A stretch of DNA of 64,000 nucleotides, taken from contig JAZKFH010000008.1 of NCBI GenBank assembly GCA_040386535.1, positions 144,011-208,010 on the forward strand. Reading direction: 5' to 3'. Source of the stretch: Myxococcota bacterium. GTDB lineage: Bacteria; Myxococcota_A; UBA796; SXON01. The position numbers and the translations under genes are program-made. The number at the start of each line of letters is the position of its first letter. The stretch's first letter is position 1. Positions 1 through 8,822 of the stretch are shown here, piece after piece. Below the pieces are notes generated by a model, which did no database searches, was not told the origin of the DNA, and was given only the letters and a program-made list of their open reading frames with translations.

Positions 1-290
1 ACCTGACGGTCAGGTGGTGGGTTGCTGGACGTGGAGTCCCACAACGCCGGACCTGACGGTCAGGTGGTGGGTTGCTGGACGTGGAGTCCCACAACGCCGG
101 ACCTGCCCGTCAGGTGCCGCGTTGCTGGACGTGGAGTCCCACAACGCCGGACCTGCCCGTCAGGTGCCGAGTTGCTGGACGTGGAGTCCCACAACGCCGG
201 ACCTGCCCGTCAGGTGCCGCGTTGCTGGACGTGGAGTCCGACAACGCCGGACCTTCCCGTCAGGTGCCGAGTTGCGGGACGCGACGTCCC
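1..290. repeat. 50-bp tandem palindromic repeat array (~5.8 copies, truncated by window start)
   Basis: Unit ACCTG(A/C)C(G/C)GTCAGGTG(G/C)NGNGTTGCTGGACGTGGAGTCCCACAACGCCGG starts at 1, 51, 101, 151, 201, 251. Each unit has two hairpins (ACCTGAC-G-GTCAGGT and GTTG/GGAC...GTCC/CAAC). Confidence 0.95.
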
Positions 291-417
291 CGAGTTCTGA
301 CCGCTTCAGTTCCCGCCAGCGGCCGACACTCGCGACGTCCTCGACATCCACCCGAGTTGTGACCGTTCCGGCCTTCGCCAGGGGCCACAACTCACGACGT
401 CCTCGACATCCTCCCGA
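289..417. repeat. 62-bp tandem repeat, 2 copies, with internal hairpin
   Basis: CCCGAGTT(C/G)TGACCG...ACTC(G/A)CGACGTCCTCGACATCC starts at 289 and 351, with CCCGA again at 413. Second copy has stem GAGTTGTG...CACAACTC. Confidence 0.8.
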
Positions 418-512
418 AAGCCCACGCCGCCCCGCCCGCACCCTCCTCCCCCGCCGCCGCACCGGCCGCGCGCCGCGCGCGGTCCGTGTGCCCTTGCCTC
501 GAATCCCGCTCC

Positions 513-1193
513 CTACGGCAGCCACGCGAACGCCGCCCGCAGCCCCTCGCGCCCGCCCGAGGTCACCACGTCGCCGTGCGCGAGCACCACGCGGTCGAAG
601 TCCCAGGCGAGCAGGTGGTCGACCGAGCGGCGGATGGCCGTACGGTCGCCGATGTACACGTTGCGGCACAACCAGGACGGCCCGAAGCGCCCGTACGCGT
701 CCAGCAGCTTGAGGTTGGCGCGCGCAAACCACCCGTCGACCTGCTGGATGTTGAAGCAGAGGTCGGTGATCACGAGCGTGCGGCTGCGCGGATCGTAGAG
801 CACCGTCTCGTCCATGCGGGGCGCGCCGTCGAGCTTGTGGAGCTCCAACGTGCCGCTCCACGGGCCGCCGCGCCCGTCGTACACGCCGGTGAGCGGCGTC
901 TTCAGCTTGCCGGCGAGCGCGGCCGGCGCCCAGCCCTCGGCCTCGGGAAACGCGGCGCGCGCCGCGTCGAAGAACAGGTAGTGGAGCACGTTCGGCGCGA
1001 CGACCGCCGCGACGGGCCCGAGCGCGCGGATCGCGGCGACGTCGGCCTCTTCGAGCTTGCCGGGGGCGTGCACGAGCAGGCGACCGTCCCCGAGCCGCAC
1101 GATCGTGGTGCGGGTCCCCAGGGGGAGGAACCCGCCGACGGCAAGGGCGTGGTCGACGGTCCAGAGGTCGGGGGCGTGGGCGACGAGCGGCAT
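513..1193 (-). CDS. DUF4336-family protein (metallo-beta-lactamase-like fold)
   Basis: 226 aa; RTTIVRLGDGRLLVHAP, VAPNVLHYLF, TLVITDL, WDFDRVVLAHG motifs. Confidence 0.8.
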   Translation of the reverse strand: MPLVAHAPDLWTVDHALAVGGFLPLGTRTTIVRLGDGRLLVHAPGKLEEADVAAIRALGPVAAVVAPNVLHYLFFDAARAAFPEAEGWAPAALAGKLKTPLTGVYDGRGGPWSGTLELHKLDGAPRMDETVLYDPRSRTLVITDLCFNIQQVDGWFARANLKLLDAYGRFGPSWLCRNVYIGDRTAIRRSVDHLLAWDFDRVVLAHGDVVTSGGREGLRAAFAWLP

Positions 1194-1216
1194 GTAGCTC
1201 CGAAGGTGGCGCCAGG

Positions 1217-1258
1217 ATAGTAAAGCAGCCTGACCAACTCGTCAAGGAGGTTTACCAT
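1217..1258. promoter_or_regulatory. Overlapping divergent sigma70-type promoters with probable MarR operator
   Basis: Minus strand TTGACG(1245-1240)-N17-TACTAT(1222-1217). Plus strand CTGACC(1230-1235)-N17-TACCAT(1253-1258). Imperfect inverted repeat GTAAAGCAGCCTGAC-N6-GTCAAGGAGGTTTAC (1220-1255) covers both. Confidence 0.6.
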
Positions 1259-1349
1259 CTCGACGTCGCCGCCCTCCGCGCCGCCACCCTCCGCGCCGCC
1301 ACCCTCCGCGCCGCCGTTCCGGCCCGAAGCCCTCGCCGAGGCCAAGGCC

Positions 1350-1787
1350 GTGAGCCTCGGCCACCTCCTGTTCCGCACGGCGCGCATCCTCAACGAGCTC
1401 GGCGTGGCGCGGTCCAGCGCCGAGTTCGGCATCCCCGGCCTGCGCGCGGCGCACATGGGGGTGCTCCCCCACCTCGACCTTTCGGGCACGCGCGCCACCG
1501 AGATCGCGCGCCGCATGGGCATCTCCAAGCAGGCGGTGGGCGAGCTGCTCGACGAGATCGAGGCGTTCGGGGTGATCGAGCGCGTGCCGGACCCGACGGA
1601 CGGGCGCGCCCGCATCGTCCGGTTCACCGAGCGGGGGCGCGCCGGCCTCCTGGTCGGGCTGGGCGTGCTCGCGGGGATCGAGGCCGAGCTCGCGGCGCGC
1701 ATCGGCGCCGACACGGTGGCGCGGCTCAAGGCCGACCTCTCGGTAGCGCTCCCGGCGATCGAGGCCATGGCGGGCGAGGGGAGGTAG
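1350..1787 (+). CDS. MarR-family transcriptional regulator
   Basis: wHTH: TEIARRMGISKQAVGELLDEIEAFGVIERVPDPTDGRARIVRFTERG. Confidence 0.9.
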   Translation: MSLGHLLFRTARILNELGVARSSAEFGIPGLRAAHMGVLPHLDLSGTRATEIARRMGISKQAVGELLDEIEAFGVIERVPDPTDGRARIVRFTERGRAGLLVGLGVLAGIEAELAARIGADTVARLKADLSVALPAIEAMAGEGR

Positions 1788-1806
1788 ACTGGGCCGCTGC
1801 GGAGCC

Positions 1807-2721
1807 GTGATGCGCTACCACGCCGAGTCCCAGACCCTCTACGAGGTCGCCGTCACCCCGCTCTCCGAGCCGCGGCTCCAGGAGCTCGCGGCGCTCAAGG
1901 GCCGCCTCGTGGAGGGCGACTTCGTGGCCCAGGTCGCCGTCGTCTTCGTGAGCGAGGACCTCGCGCTCGCGCACCTCCAGAGCGTGCGGCAGCTGGGGCT
2001 GGAGCTGCGCTACGTGGGCCCCCAGGGCGAGGCGGTGCTCAACGTCGGCACGCGCGTCGGCGCCGGCACTGGGCCCGAGGGCGTGCTCCTGCCCGTGTTG
2101 CGCGAGGAGGCGTGGCCGCACGTGGCGGGCACCGCGCACCGCCGCCTGCTCGCCGGTCCCGCCGGTCCGTGGGTGACCTTCGGCCACGACACGCCCAAGC
2201 AGCTCGCGCGCGTCGGCATCGCCGAGCTCGAGCGTCGCAGCCTCGCGGACTTCGAGGCCGAGGCGCTCCGCAACCTCGCCGCGCGGGAGCCCCAGGTGGT
2301 CGAGCAGGCCGGCATCGTCGAGCTCCGCGACGAGTACGCCCCCGAGATGATGCTGCTCCCCGCGCGCATGCGCGACATCGCCGCGCGGCTCCGCAGCGAG
2401 ATGTTCGTGGTGTCGGTGCCGCAGGAGGGCAGCCTGCTCGCCGTGCCGCTGACCGGCAACGTGACCGCGCTGTGCACGCTGGCGCGCCAGAAGTTCGAGG
2501 CCAGCAAACATCGGCGCATCAGCCCGCTCCCGATCATCATCGGGATGGACGGCAGGCCGGTCGGGTTCGCCTCGCCGGAGGCCCCGGCGGCGTCGGCGCA
2601 CGGCTCCGAGGTGACCGTGATCGGCGGGGATGCACCGCAGGGCTGGGCGCCGGCCGCGTCGCCCACGATCGAGGCGCCCGAGGTCGAGGTGCCGAAGAAG
2701 CCGTGGTGGCGGTTCTGGTAG
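1807..2721 (+). CDS. Hypothetical protein (possible DUF1444-like C-terminal half) ending in KKPWWRFW
   Basis: 304 aa ORF with GC3-biased codons and an amphipathic aromatic C-terminal tail. Confidence 0.7.
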   Translation: MMRYHAESQTLYEVAVTPLSEPRLQELAALKGRLVEGDFVAQVAVVFVSEDLALAHLQSVRQLGLELRYVGPQGEAVLNVGTRVGAGTGPEGVLLPVLREEAWPHVAGTAHRRLLAGPAGPWVTFGHDTPKQLARVGIAELERRSLADFEAEALRNLAAREPQVVEQAGIVELRDEYAPEMMLLPARMRDIAARLRSEMFVVSVPQEGSLLAVPLTGNVTALCTLARQKFEASKHRRISPLPIIIGMDGRPVGFASPEAPAASAHGSEVTVIGGDAPQGWAPAASPTIEAPEVEVPKKPWWRFW

Positions 2722-2890
2722 CAGGGGATCTGGGCGCCCCGGGGCCGCGCGGACGCGGCCCCGTCGGTGCCCTCCAGTCGCGCAGCAAAGCTGCTTGGTC
2801 CCGCCGAGGCGGCGGGGACCGGCCGCCCGAGGCGGGCGGCCGACTTCCGGGCGCCTGGCGCGGGGGCGCGTGCGACGCGTGAGGCGCGTG

Positions 2891-3147
2891 GGACTGGGCG
2901 TCCAGCAACGGGGCACCTGACGGTCAGGTCCGGGGTTGCTGGACTGGGCGTCCAGCAACGCGCCACCTGACCGTCAGGTCCGGGGTTGCTGGACTCGGCG
3001 TCCAGCAACGGGGCACCTGACGGTCAGGTCCGGGGTTGCTGGACTGGGCGTCCAGCAACGCGCCACCTGACGGTCAGGTCCGGGGTTGCTGGACTCGGCG
3101 TCCAGCAACGCGCCACCTGACGGTCAGGCCCGGGGTTGCTGGACTGG
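2891..3147. repeat. 50-bp tandem palindromic array (~5 copies), reverse-complement relative of the array at 1-290
   Basis: Unit GGACT(G/C)GGCGTCCAGCAACG(G/C)G(G/C)CACCTGAC(G/C)GTCAGGTCCGGGGTTGCT. Perfect 10-bp stem GTTGCTGGAC/GTCCAGCAAC. 41/50 identity to the reverse complement of unit 101-150 by manual alignment. Confidence 0.95.
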
Positions 3148-3386
3148 CCCGTGCCGCGCGCGATCGTGCTCCGGGGCCGCGGTCGGCGCCACCGGGGGCT
3201 CCGCGATCGCGGGGACGTGGAAGGCGCCGGGGCACCGCGGGCCACGTTGGTCGCCCAGACAAGCCTGGTCGTGTGCGGCGGCCCGCGCCGGCGCCCCCAT
3301 GCGCCGTCCGTCCTCGCGGAGAGACGCGAGTCTAAGTTGACGGCGTCAAACATGACATTGTCACGACGTAGAGCTGGGCGCCCCAA

Positions 3387-3542
3387 TCCCACGCGGACCG
3401 GGGTCGGGAGATGACCGCGCATTGGGGGACTCCGGTCCTCCCACGCGGACCGGGGTCGGGACATGACTGCGCATCGGGGGACTCCGGTCCTCCCACGCGG
3501 ACCGGGGTCGGGAGATGACCGCGCATCGGGGGACTCTGGTCC
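3387..3542. repeat. 52-bp tandem repeat, 3 copies, hairpin-forming
   Basis: TCCCACGCGGACCGGGGTCGGGA(G/C)ATGAC(C/T)GCGCAT(T/C)GGGGGACTC(C/T)GGTCC at 3387, 3439, 3491; stem GGACCGGGGTC/GACTCCGGTCC. Confidence 0.9.
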
Positions 3543-3784
3543 GTCACGCGCCGGTCGCCTCGAGTCGCCCGTGTCCGTCCGACGAGTCGCCCGTGCCGAC
3601 CCTGCGGTCCACGCCGCGTCGCTGCTGGTGTAGGTGCCTCGAAGCGGTCGCCGCCCCGATCAGGATGTGCGCCCCCCGGGGACCGTAGCTCCCAGCCGCC
3701 AACGCCACAATCCGCGGAGTCGTCCACGTCGGCCCGCGGGTCCCGCTCGTGATCCGGTTAGAGAGGCCGCCCCGGAGGCCTCCC

Positions 3785-4996
3785 ATGTCCGACATCCGCC
3801 CGTTCCGCGCCGTCCGCGCCGCCAACGACAAGGCCGCGCGCGTCATCGCCCCGCCCTACGACGTGATGAGCGAGGCCGAGGCCCGCGCGCTCGTGGCCGC
3901 CAACCCGGACTCGTTCGTGCGCGTGAGCCGGCCCGAGGCCGTGCTTCCCGAAGGGGTCGACTCCCACGCGCCCGAGGCCTACGCCGCCGCGCGGAGCGAG
4001 TTCGACGCGATGGTGACGAGCGGGCTCCTCACACGCGACGATCGCGACAGCTACTACCTGTACGGCCAGAAGATGGGCGACCACTTCCAGGTCGGCCTCG
4101 TCGCCGCGTTCTCGGTGCACGAGTACGACACCAACCTCATCAAAAAGCACGAGTTCACGCGCCCCGACAAGGAGCGCGACCGTGTCGCCCACATCGACGC
4201 GACCAACTGCCAGACCGGCATGGTGTTCCTCGCGTATCGCGACCAGGAGCCGCTCAACTCGCTCATCACCAAGGGCACGCAAGCCGCGCCCGAGTGGAAG
4301 GTGACCACCGAGGACGACGTGGAGCACACGCTCTGGCGCGTATCCGACCCCGCCCTGGTCGACGCGATCACGCGCGCCGCCGAGCAGCTCCCCGCGACCT
4401 ACGTGGCCGACGGGCACCACCGCTCCGCCGCCGCGTCCATCGTGCACCGCGAGCGCGCCGGGATGCCCGGCCAACACGCGTGGTTCCTCGCTGGGTTGTT
4501 CCCGGCGTCCACGCTCCAGATCCTCGCCTACAACCGCGCGGTCAAGGACCTCTTCGGGCACACCCCGGAGTCGTTCCTCGCGGCGGTGCGCGCCCACTTC
4601 GATGTCGAGCCGACCACAACGCCCGTGCCCGAAGGCCGCGGCTTCGTCACGATGTACCTGGGCGGCGCCTGGTACCGCCTCACCGCGCGCGAGGTCCCCA
4701 ACGATCCGGTCGCGGCGCTGGATGTGTCGATGCTCCAGGATCGCGTGCTCCGGCCGCTCCTCGGCATCGACAACCCCCGCACCGACAAGCGCATCGATTT
4801 CATCGGTGGCATCCGCGGCTGGCAGGAGCTGAAGAAGCTGGTGGACGCTGGCACGCACGCCGTGGCGTTCCACATGCACCCCACCTCGCTCGACCAGTTG
4901 TTTGCGGTGGCTGACAGCGGAAATGTCATGCCACCCAAGTCGACGTGGTTCGAGCCGAAGCTGCGGGATGCGGTGGCGATGCACCCGTTGGATTAG
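3785..4996 (+). CDS. DUF1015-family protein
   Basis: MSDIRPFRAVR, PPYDV, KKHEFTRPDKE, YVADGHHR, MPPKSTWFEPKLR. Confidence 0.9.
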   Translation: MSDIRPFRAVRAANDKAARVIAPPYDVMSEAEARALVAANPDSFVRVSRPEAVLPEGVDSHAPEAYAAARSEFDAMVTSGLLTRDDRDSYYLYGQKMGDHFQVGLVAAFSVHEYDTNLIKKHEFTRPDKERDRVAHIDATNCQTGMVFLAYRDQEPLNSLITKGTQAAPEWKVTTEDDVEHTLWRVSDPALVDAITRAAEQLPATYVADGHHRSAAASIVHRERAGMPGQHAWFLAGLFPASTLQILAYNRAVKDLFGHTPESFLAAVRAHFDVEPTTTPVPEGRGFVTMYLGGAWYRLTAREVPNDPVAALDVSMLQDRVLRPLLGIDNPRTDKRIDFIGGIRGWQELKKLVDAGTHAVAFHMHPTSLDQLFAVADSGNVMPPKSTWFEPKLRDAVAMHPLD

Positions 4997-5194
4997 GAGC
5001 CGGTAGTGCATTGCGGTCCTGCTGCGGGTCCCGATCCGCGGCGTATGCCCACCTCCTCGCCGGCCATCCGCTCGACGTACCCGAGGTACGCCTTCCCGGA
5101 TGGCCGGCTGTGGGGGTGGCCCTCCGCTCGCGGCTCGTGCCCCTCGCGACGGACCGCACCGCCCGGCAGAGCCGGGCTATGCACTACCGGCTCC
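4996..5194. mobile_element. MITE, 199 bp, with 16-bp perfect terminal inverted repeats and TA flanks
   Basis: TA|GGAGCCGGTAGTGCAT ... ATGCACTACCGGCTCC|TA; internal stem GCCGGCCATCCG/CGGATGGCCGGC; no transposase. Confidence 0.8.
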
Positions 5195-5218
5195 TAGTCG
5201 GCGCGGAGCGCCTGGGGG

Positions 5219-5281
5219 CGCGGGGGCTTCGCCCCCGCCGGGGCGTTGCGGGGGGCTGTGCCCCCTGCCCCAAGAAAAACT
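5219..5281 (+). repeat. REP-like GC hairpin element
   Basis: GCGGGGGCTTCGCCCCCGC hairpin followed by CCGGGGCGTTGCGGGGGGCTGTGCCCCCTGCCCCAAGAAAAACT; related copy on the minus strand at 62649-62684. Confidence 0.65.
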
Positions 5282-5447
5282 GCCCTCATACCGACCGACG
5301 CAGATTCGGATCGAGCGGCCCGCGAGTCCCCGGGCGCGCCTGGCAAGGCGGGACCGAGGAGGTAGGTCGAGACCTCCGACGAGGTCCCGCCGCAGCCAGG
5401 TGCGTCCGGGGGCCGCGGACGCCGAGCCGAATCAAGATCGGTCGGTA

Positions 5448-6005
5448 TCAGAACACGAACAGCCCGACGCCCAGCTGCGCGCCCACCCAGGGCGCCGGCT
5501 TCGTGGCGCCGAAGGTGAGGTCGTACTCGGCGAGCCCGGTGAGGAGCACGCACACGCCGTCGGCCGTGTTCCGGACGCGGAACCGCCTGGCGCCCGCGCC
5601 GATCACCCCGCCCCGGTCCCGCGCGAAGGGGCAGACGGCGGCCCCGGCTTCGAGCGAGTGGCTCCACCGGAAGCCGCGGTGGCCGCCCCCGAGCCAGAAC
5701 CCGGCGCGCGCGAAGCCGGCGAGCACGTGGTCGTGGTCCTTGTAGAAGGGGACGAGCCCGTAGACGTGCAGCCCGGCGTCCCCGATGCCCTCGTGGGCGG
5801 TGAAGCGCCCACGCACCCCCGCGCCTACGCCGAAGGCGACGTCGTTGTCGCGCAAGCCCATGCCGGCGTGGAGCGCGCCGGTGCCGCCGTGGCGCGGGCC
5901 CTCCGTGACCGGGAGCTCGGCCACGTAGCCGACCTGGCCCGCCGTGTAGAAGGAGACGCAGCCAGGCGCGCCGCCCGCCACCGCGAGCAGCGCGACCACG
6001 CGCAT
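5448..6005 (-). CDS. Hypothetical exported/beta-strand-rich protein
   Basis: MRVVALLAVAGGAPGC...; alternating hydrophobic strands, C-terminal F. Start chosen just downstream of the DMT gene. Confidence 0.55.
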   Translation of the reverse strand: MRVVALLAVAGGAPGCVSFYTAGQVGYVAELPVTEGPRHGGTGALHAGMGLRDNDVAFGVGAGVRGRFTAHEGIGDAGLHVYGLVPFYKDHDHVLAGFARAGFWLGGGHRGFRWSHSLEAGAAVCPFARDRGGVIGAGARRFRVRNTADGVCVLLTGLAEYDLTFGATKPAPWVGAQLGVGLFVF

Positions 6006-6016
6006 CAACCCCGGAA

Positions 6017-6358
6017 TCAACCCCGGAACATGAACCACGCCGCCCCGCACATGCAGAGGCTGGCGGCCACGTAGTTCCAGGTCAGGCGCTCGCCCATGTA
6101 GAAGACCGCGAACCCTGCGAAGACCACCAGGGTGATGATCTCCTGGAGGATCTTGAGCTGCGCGAGGGTGATCTGGGAGTAGCCGAGGCGGTTGGCCGGC
6201 ACCTGGATGCAATACTCGAAGAACGCGATGCCCCAGGAGGCCGCGATGGCGATCCAGAGGGGCTTGTCGCGCAGGTCGCGCAGGTGCCCGTACCAGGCGA
6301 ACGTCATGAAGATGTTCGACAGGACGAGCAGCCCGATGGTCTTGAGCATGGGAGACAT
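6017..6358 (-). CDS. DMT-family small membrane protein (DUF486/DMT_6)
   Basis: SNIFMTFAWYGHL, SWGIAFFEYC.QVPANRLG, QLKILQEIITL. Confidence 0.9.
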   Translation of the reverse strand: MSPMLKTIGLLVLSNIFMTFAWYGHLRDLRDKPLWIAIAASWGIAFFEYCIQVPANRLGYSQITLAQLKILQEIITLVVFAGFAVFYMGERLTWNYVAASLCMCGAAWFMFRG

Positions 6359-6361
6359 CGA

Positions 6362-6667
6362 CTAGCTGCCGAACGCCTCGTGCATGTACGCGATCACGTC
6401 GGCCACGTCCTGCTCGTCGAGGGACGCGCCCATGGGCGCCATGGTGCCCTTGCCGTCGATGATGACCGTGGCGATCTCGGCGTCGGAGAGCTCGTTGATC
6501 TCGACCGTGAGATCCGCGGCGCCGCCGGTGCCGGCCTTGCCGTCCGCCCCGTGGCAGCTGACACAATTGGCCGTGTAGACGGCCTCACCGGCCGTGGCGT
6601 TGCCCACGATCTCGGTGCCGGTGTCCTTGCCGTCGGTGCACGCCACCAGCAATGCGATCAAAAACAT
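6362..6667 (-). CDS. Small monoheme cytochrome c lipoprotein
   Basis: LVAC lipobox, CVSCH heme motif, GKGTMAP axial Met, L...DVADVIAY. Confidence 0.9.
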   Translation of the reverse strand: MFLIALLVACTDGKDTGTEIVGNATAGEAVYTANCVSCHGADGKAGTGGAADLTVEINELSDAEIATVIIDGKGTMAPMGASLDEQDVADVIAYMHEAFGS

Positions 6668-6703
6668 GCGTCTCTCCAGTTCGCGGCAGGGATACCACGA
6701 GCC

Positions 6704-8536
6704 CTACTCCTCCGCTACGCCCTTCTGCAACGCGTCCCACACCCGCTGCGCGAGCGCCGGCCCGAAGCCCGGCACCTCCGCGATCCTCGCCGGATCGGAC
6801 GCCCGCAGCGCCTTGACCGATCCGAAGTGCACCAGGAGCGCCTGCTTGCGCGTGGCGCCGACGCCGACGAGATCGTCGAGCGCGCTCTTGAGGTGGGACT
6901 TCGACCTTGTCTTGCGGTGAAAGCCGATGGCGGTGCGGTGCGCCTCGTCGCGGATGTGTTGGAGCATGCGCAGCGTGGGGTGGTTCTCGGCCAGGATGAT
7001 GGGCTCGGGGTTGTCGCGGAGGATGATCTTGTCGACCGCGTCGAGCTCACCGCGGCGGCGCTCGGTGCGGGGCTTGGACAGGCCGATGACCGGCTGATCT
7101 TCGAGGCCGAGCTCGCGCAACACGTCCTCGGCCGCGGAGAGTTGGCCGCGCCCGCCGTCGACCACGATGAGGTCGGGAAACGAGCCCTCTTCCGACGCGC
7201 GCCGGAGCCGGCGGGTGAGGATCTCGCGCATGCTCGCGAAGTCGTCGGCGCCCACGACGGTCTTGATCTTGTAGCGGCGGTACTCCGCGCGCGCCGGCAC
7301 CCCCTCGATGAAGACGACTTGGGAGGCCACGGGGTCCTCCCCGAGCAGGTTGGAGTTGTCGTAGCACTCGATGCGATACGGGGGCACTTCCAAGCCGGCG
7401 ATCTCGGCCAGGGCCTCGAGCGCGTGGCTGATACGCTCCTCGGCGGAGTGGGTGGTGGCGAAGCGGGCCTTGGCCGCCTGCTCGGCGATCTCGAGCACGC
7501 GCACCTTCTCGCCGCGCTTCGGCACCAGGAGGGCCACCTTGCTGCCGCGCCGGTCGGAGAGCACGTCCTGCAGGGCCTGGTGGTCCGGCGGGTCGACCGG
7601 GAGGAGGATCTCGGGCGGGACGCGCTCGCCGGCGTCGTACCAGTTGTTGAGCATGGCGGAGAGCAGCTCGCCGTCCTCGGCCACCTCGCCCTCGAAGGGG
7701 AACACCAGCGGCTGCTGCATGTGCCCCGCGCGCACGGGCAACACCGCCACGGCGCCGCGCGCACCCTCGCGGTAGAACGACCACACGTCGCGATCGCCGA
7801 GCCGCACGTCGACCACGGACTGGCGGTCGAGCGAGCTCTTGACCGCCGCGATGAGGTCGCGCAGGTGGGTGGCCTCCTCGAAGCGCTCGTCCTCGGCGAG
7901 CGTCATCATGCGGGTCTGCAGGCGTGACACGAGCTCGCGGTCCTTCCCCGAGAGGAACAGCACCGAGTCCTGCACGGCCTCGCCGTACTCTGTGGGGGTG
8001 CAGAGCTCGACACACGGGCCGAGGCAGCGCTTCATCTGGTAGAGCAGGCACGGCTTCTTGCGCGTGCGCAGCACCTGGTCTGTGCAGGTGCGCAGCGGAA
8101 AGCTGCGGCTCACGAACGAGAGGGTGCGGCGGGCGTTGGTCGCCGAGGCGTAGGGCCCGAAGTAGCGCGCGCCGTCGTCCTTGATGCGCCGCACCAGGGT
8201 GAAGCGCGGGTTTGCCGACTTGGGATCGATGCGCAGGTGGAGGAAATTCTTGTCATCGCGAAGCTTGGTGTTGTAGCGGGGCTGGTGCTGCTTGATGAGC
8301 TCGTTCTCGAGGATCAGCGCCTCTTTCTCGCTGGGGACCGGAAACACCTCGACCGTGAGCGCGGCCGCGACGAGGTACCGCACCATGAACCGCTCGTCAT
8401 GCCCCTGTACGTACTGCTTGACCCGCGAGCGCAGGTTGATCGCCTTGCCGACATACAGCACCCCGCCGTGCTTGTCCTTGAACACGTACACGCCCGCCGA
8501 GGTCGGGAGGGCAGCGGCCTGCTCGATGAGATCCAT
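6704..8536 (-). CDS. uvrC: Excinuclease ABC subunit C
   Basis: GIY-YIG (GVYVF..LYVGKAINLRSRV), RIECYDNSN, PDLIVVDGGRGQL, HIRDEAHR, C-terminal HhH. Confidence 0.97.
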   Translation of the reverse strand: MDLIEQAAALPTSAGVYVFKDKHGGVLYVGKAINLRSRVKQYVQGHDERFMVRYLVAAALTVEVFPVPSEKEALILENELIKQHQPRYNTKLRDDKNFLHLRIDPKSANPRFTLVRRIKDDGARYFGPYASATNARRTLSFVSRSFPLRTCTDQVLRTRKKPCLLYQMKRCLGPCVELCTPTEYGEAVQDSVLFLSGKDRELVSRLQTRMMTLAEDERFEEATHLRDLIAAVKSSLDRQSVVDVRLGDRDVWSFYREGARGAVAVLPVRAGHMQQPLVFPFEGEVAEDGELLSAMLNNWYDAGERVPPEILLPVDPPDHQALQDVLSDRRGSKVALLVPKRGEKVRVLEIAEQAAKARFATTHSAEERISHALEALAEIAGLEVPPYRIECYDNSNLLGEDPVASQVVFIEGVPARAEYRRYKIKTVVGADDFASMREILTRRLRRASEEGSFPDLIVVDGGRGQLSAAEDVLRELGLEDQPVIGLSKPRTERRRGELDAVDKIILRDNPEPIILAENHPTLRMLQHIRDEAHRTAIGFHRKTRSKSHLKSALDDLVGVGATRKQALLVHFGSVKALRASDPARIAEVPGFGPALAQRVWDALQKGVAEE

Positions 8537-8822
8537 GGTCATCCTCTAATCCGGTGGGGGCTCTCTTCCTCCTGGTGCCTGTCGCGGTGCCTCCGCTCAC
8601 CCCCGCCCAGCCCGTTGTGTACATCGCCGGCCTGCCCGAATGGCGGTCTCCACATCGCGCCACGGCTCACCAGATGGCGGCGTGCGGCCGGGTCCGGCCG
8701 GTGGGGACCCCTCCGGGGGGGACCGGCCGGGGGCCCCGGACGCGGTTCTCGCCGCCATCTCGAGACGGTGTGAGCGACGAGTGGTTCTGACCGCCGAGCC
8801 CAGGCCGATGTACAGTGCCTGC

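Noticed and set aside
14..712. ORFs with repeated peptides (WTWSPTTPDL, MLDVESHNAG) and similar ORFs at 2767-3727
   Set aside because: Translations of non-coding DNA repeats whose 50/52-bp period is not a multiple of 3
1244..1349. AAGGAGG + in-frame ATC (1257) as a non-canonical MarR start giving a PPSA-repeat N-terminus
   Set aside because: The same bases fit a -10 box (TACCAT) and the operator dyad, which would put the transcript start downstream of the ATC; unresolved, so not claimed
1..3542. CRISPR array interpretation of the 50-bp and 52-bp repeats
   Set aside because: Units are contiguous near-identical tandem copies with no unique spacers, and no cas genes are in the window
8554..8790. 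78-aa ORF between uvrC and patatin
   Set aside because: Weak codon bias and no motif; overlaps a GC hairpin and probable promoter region
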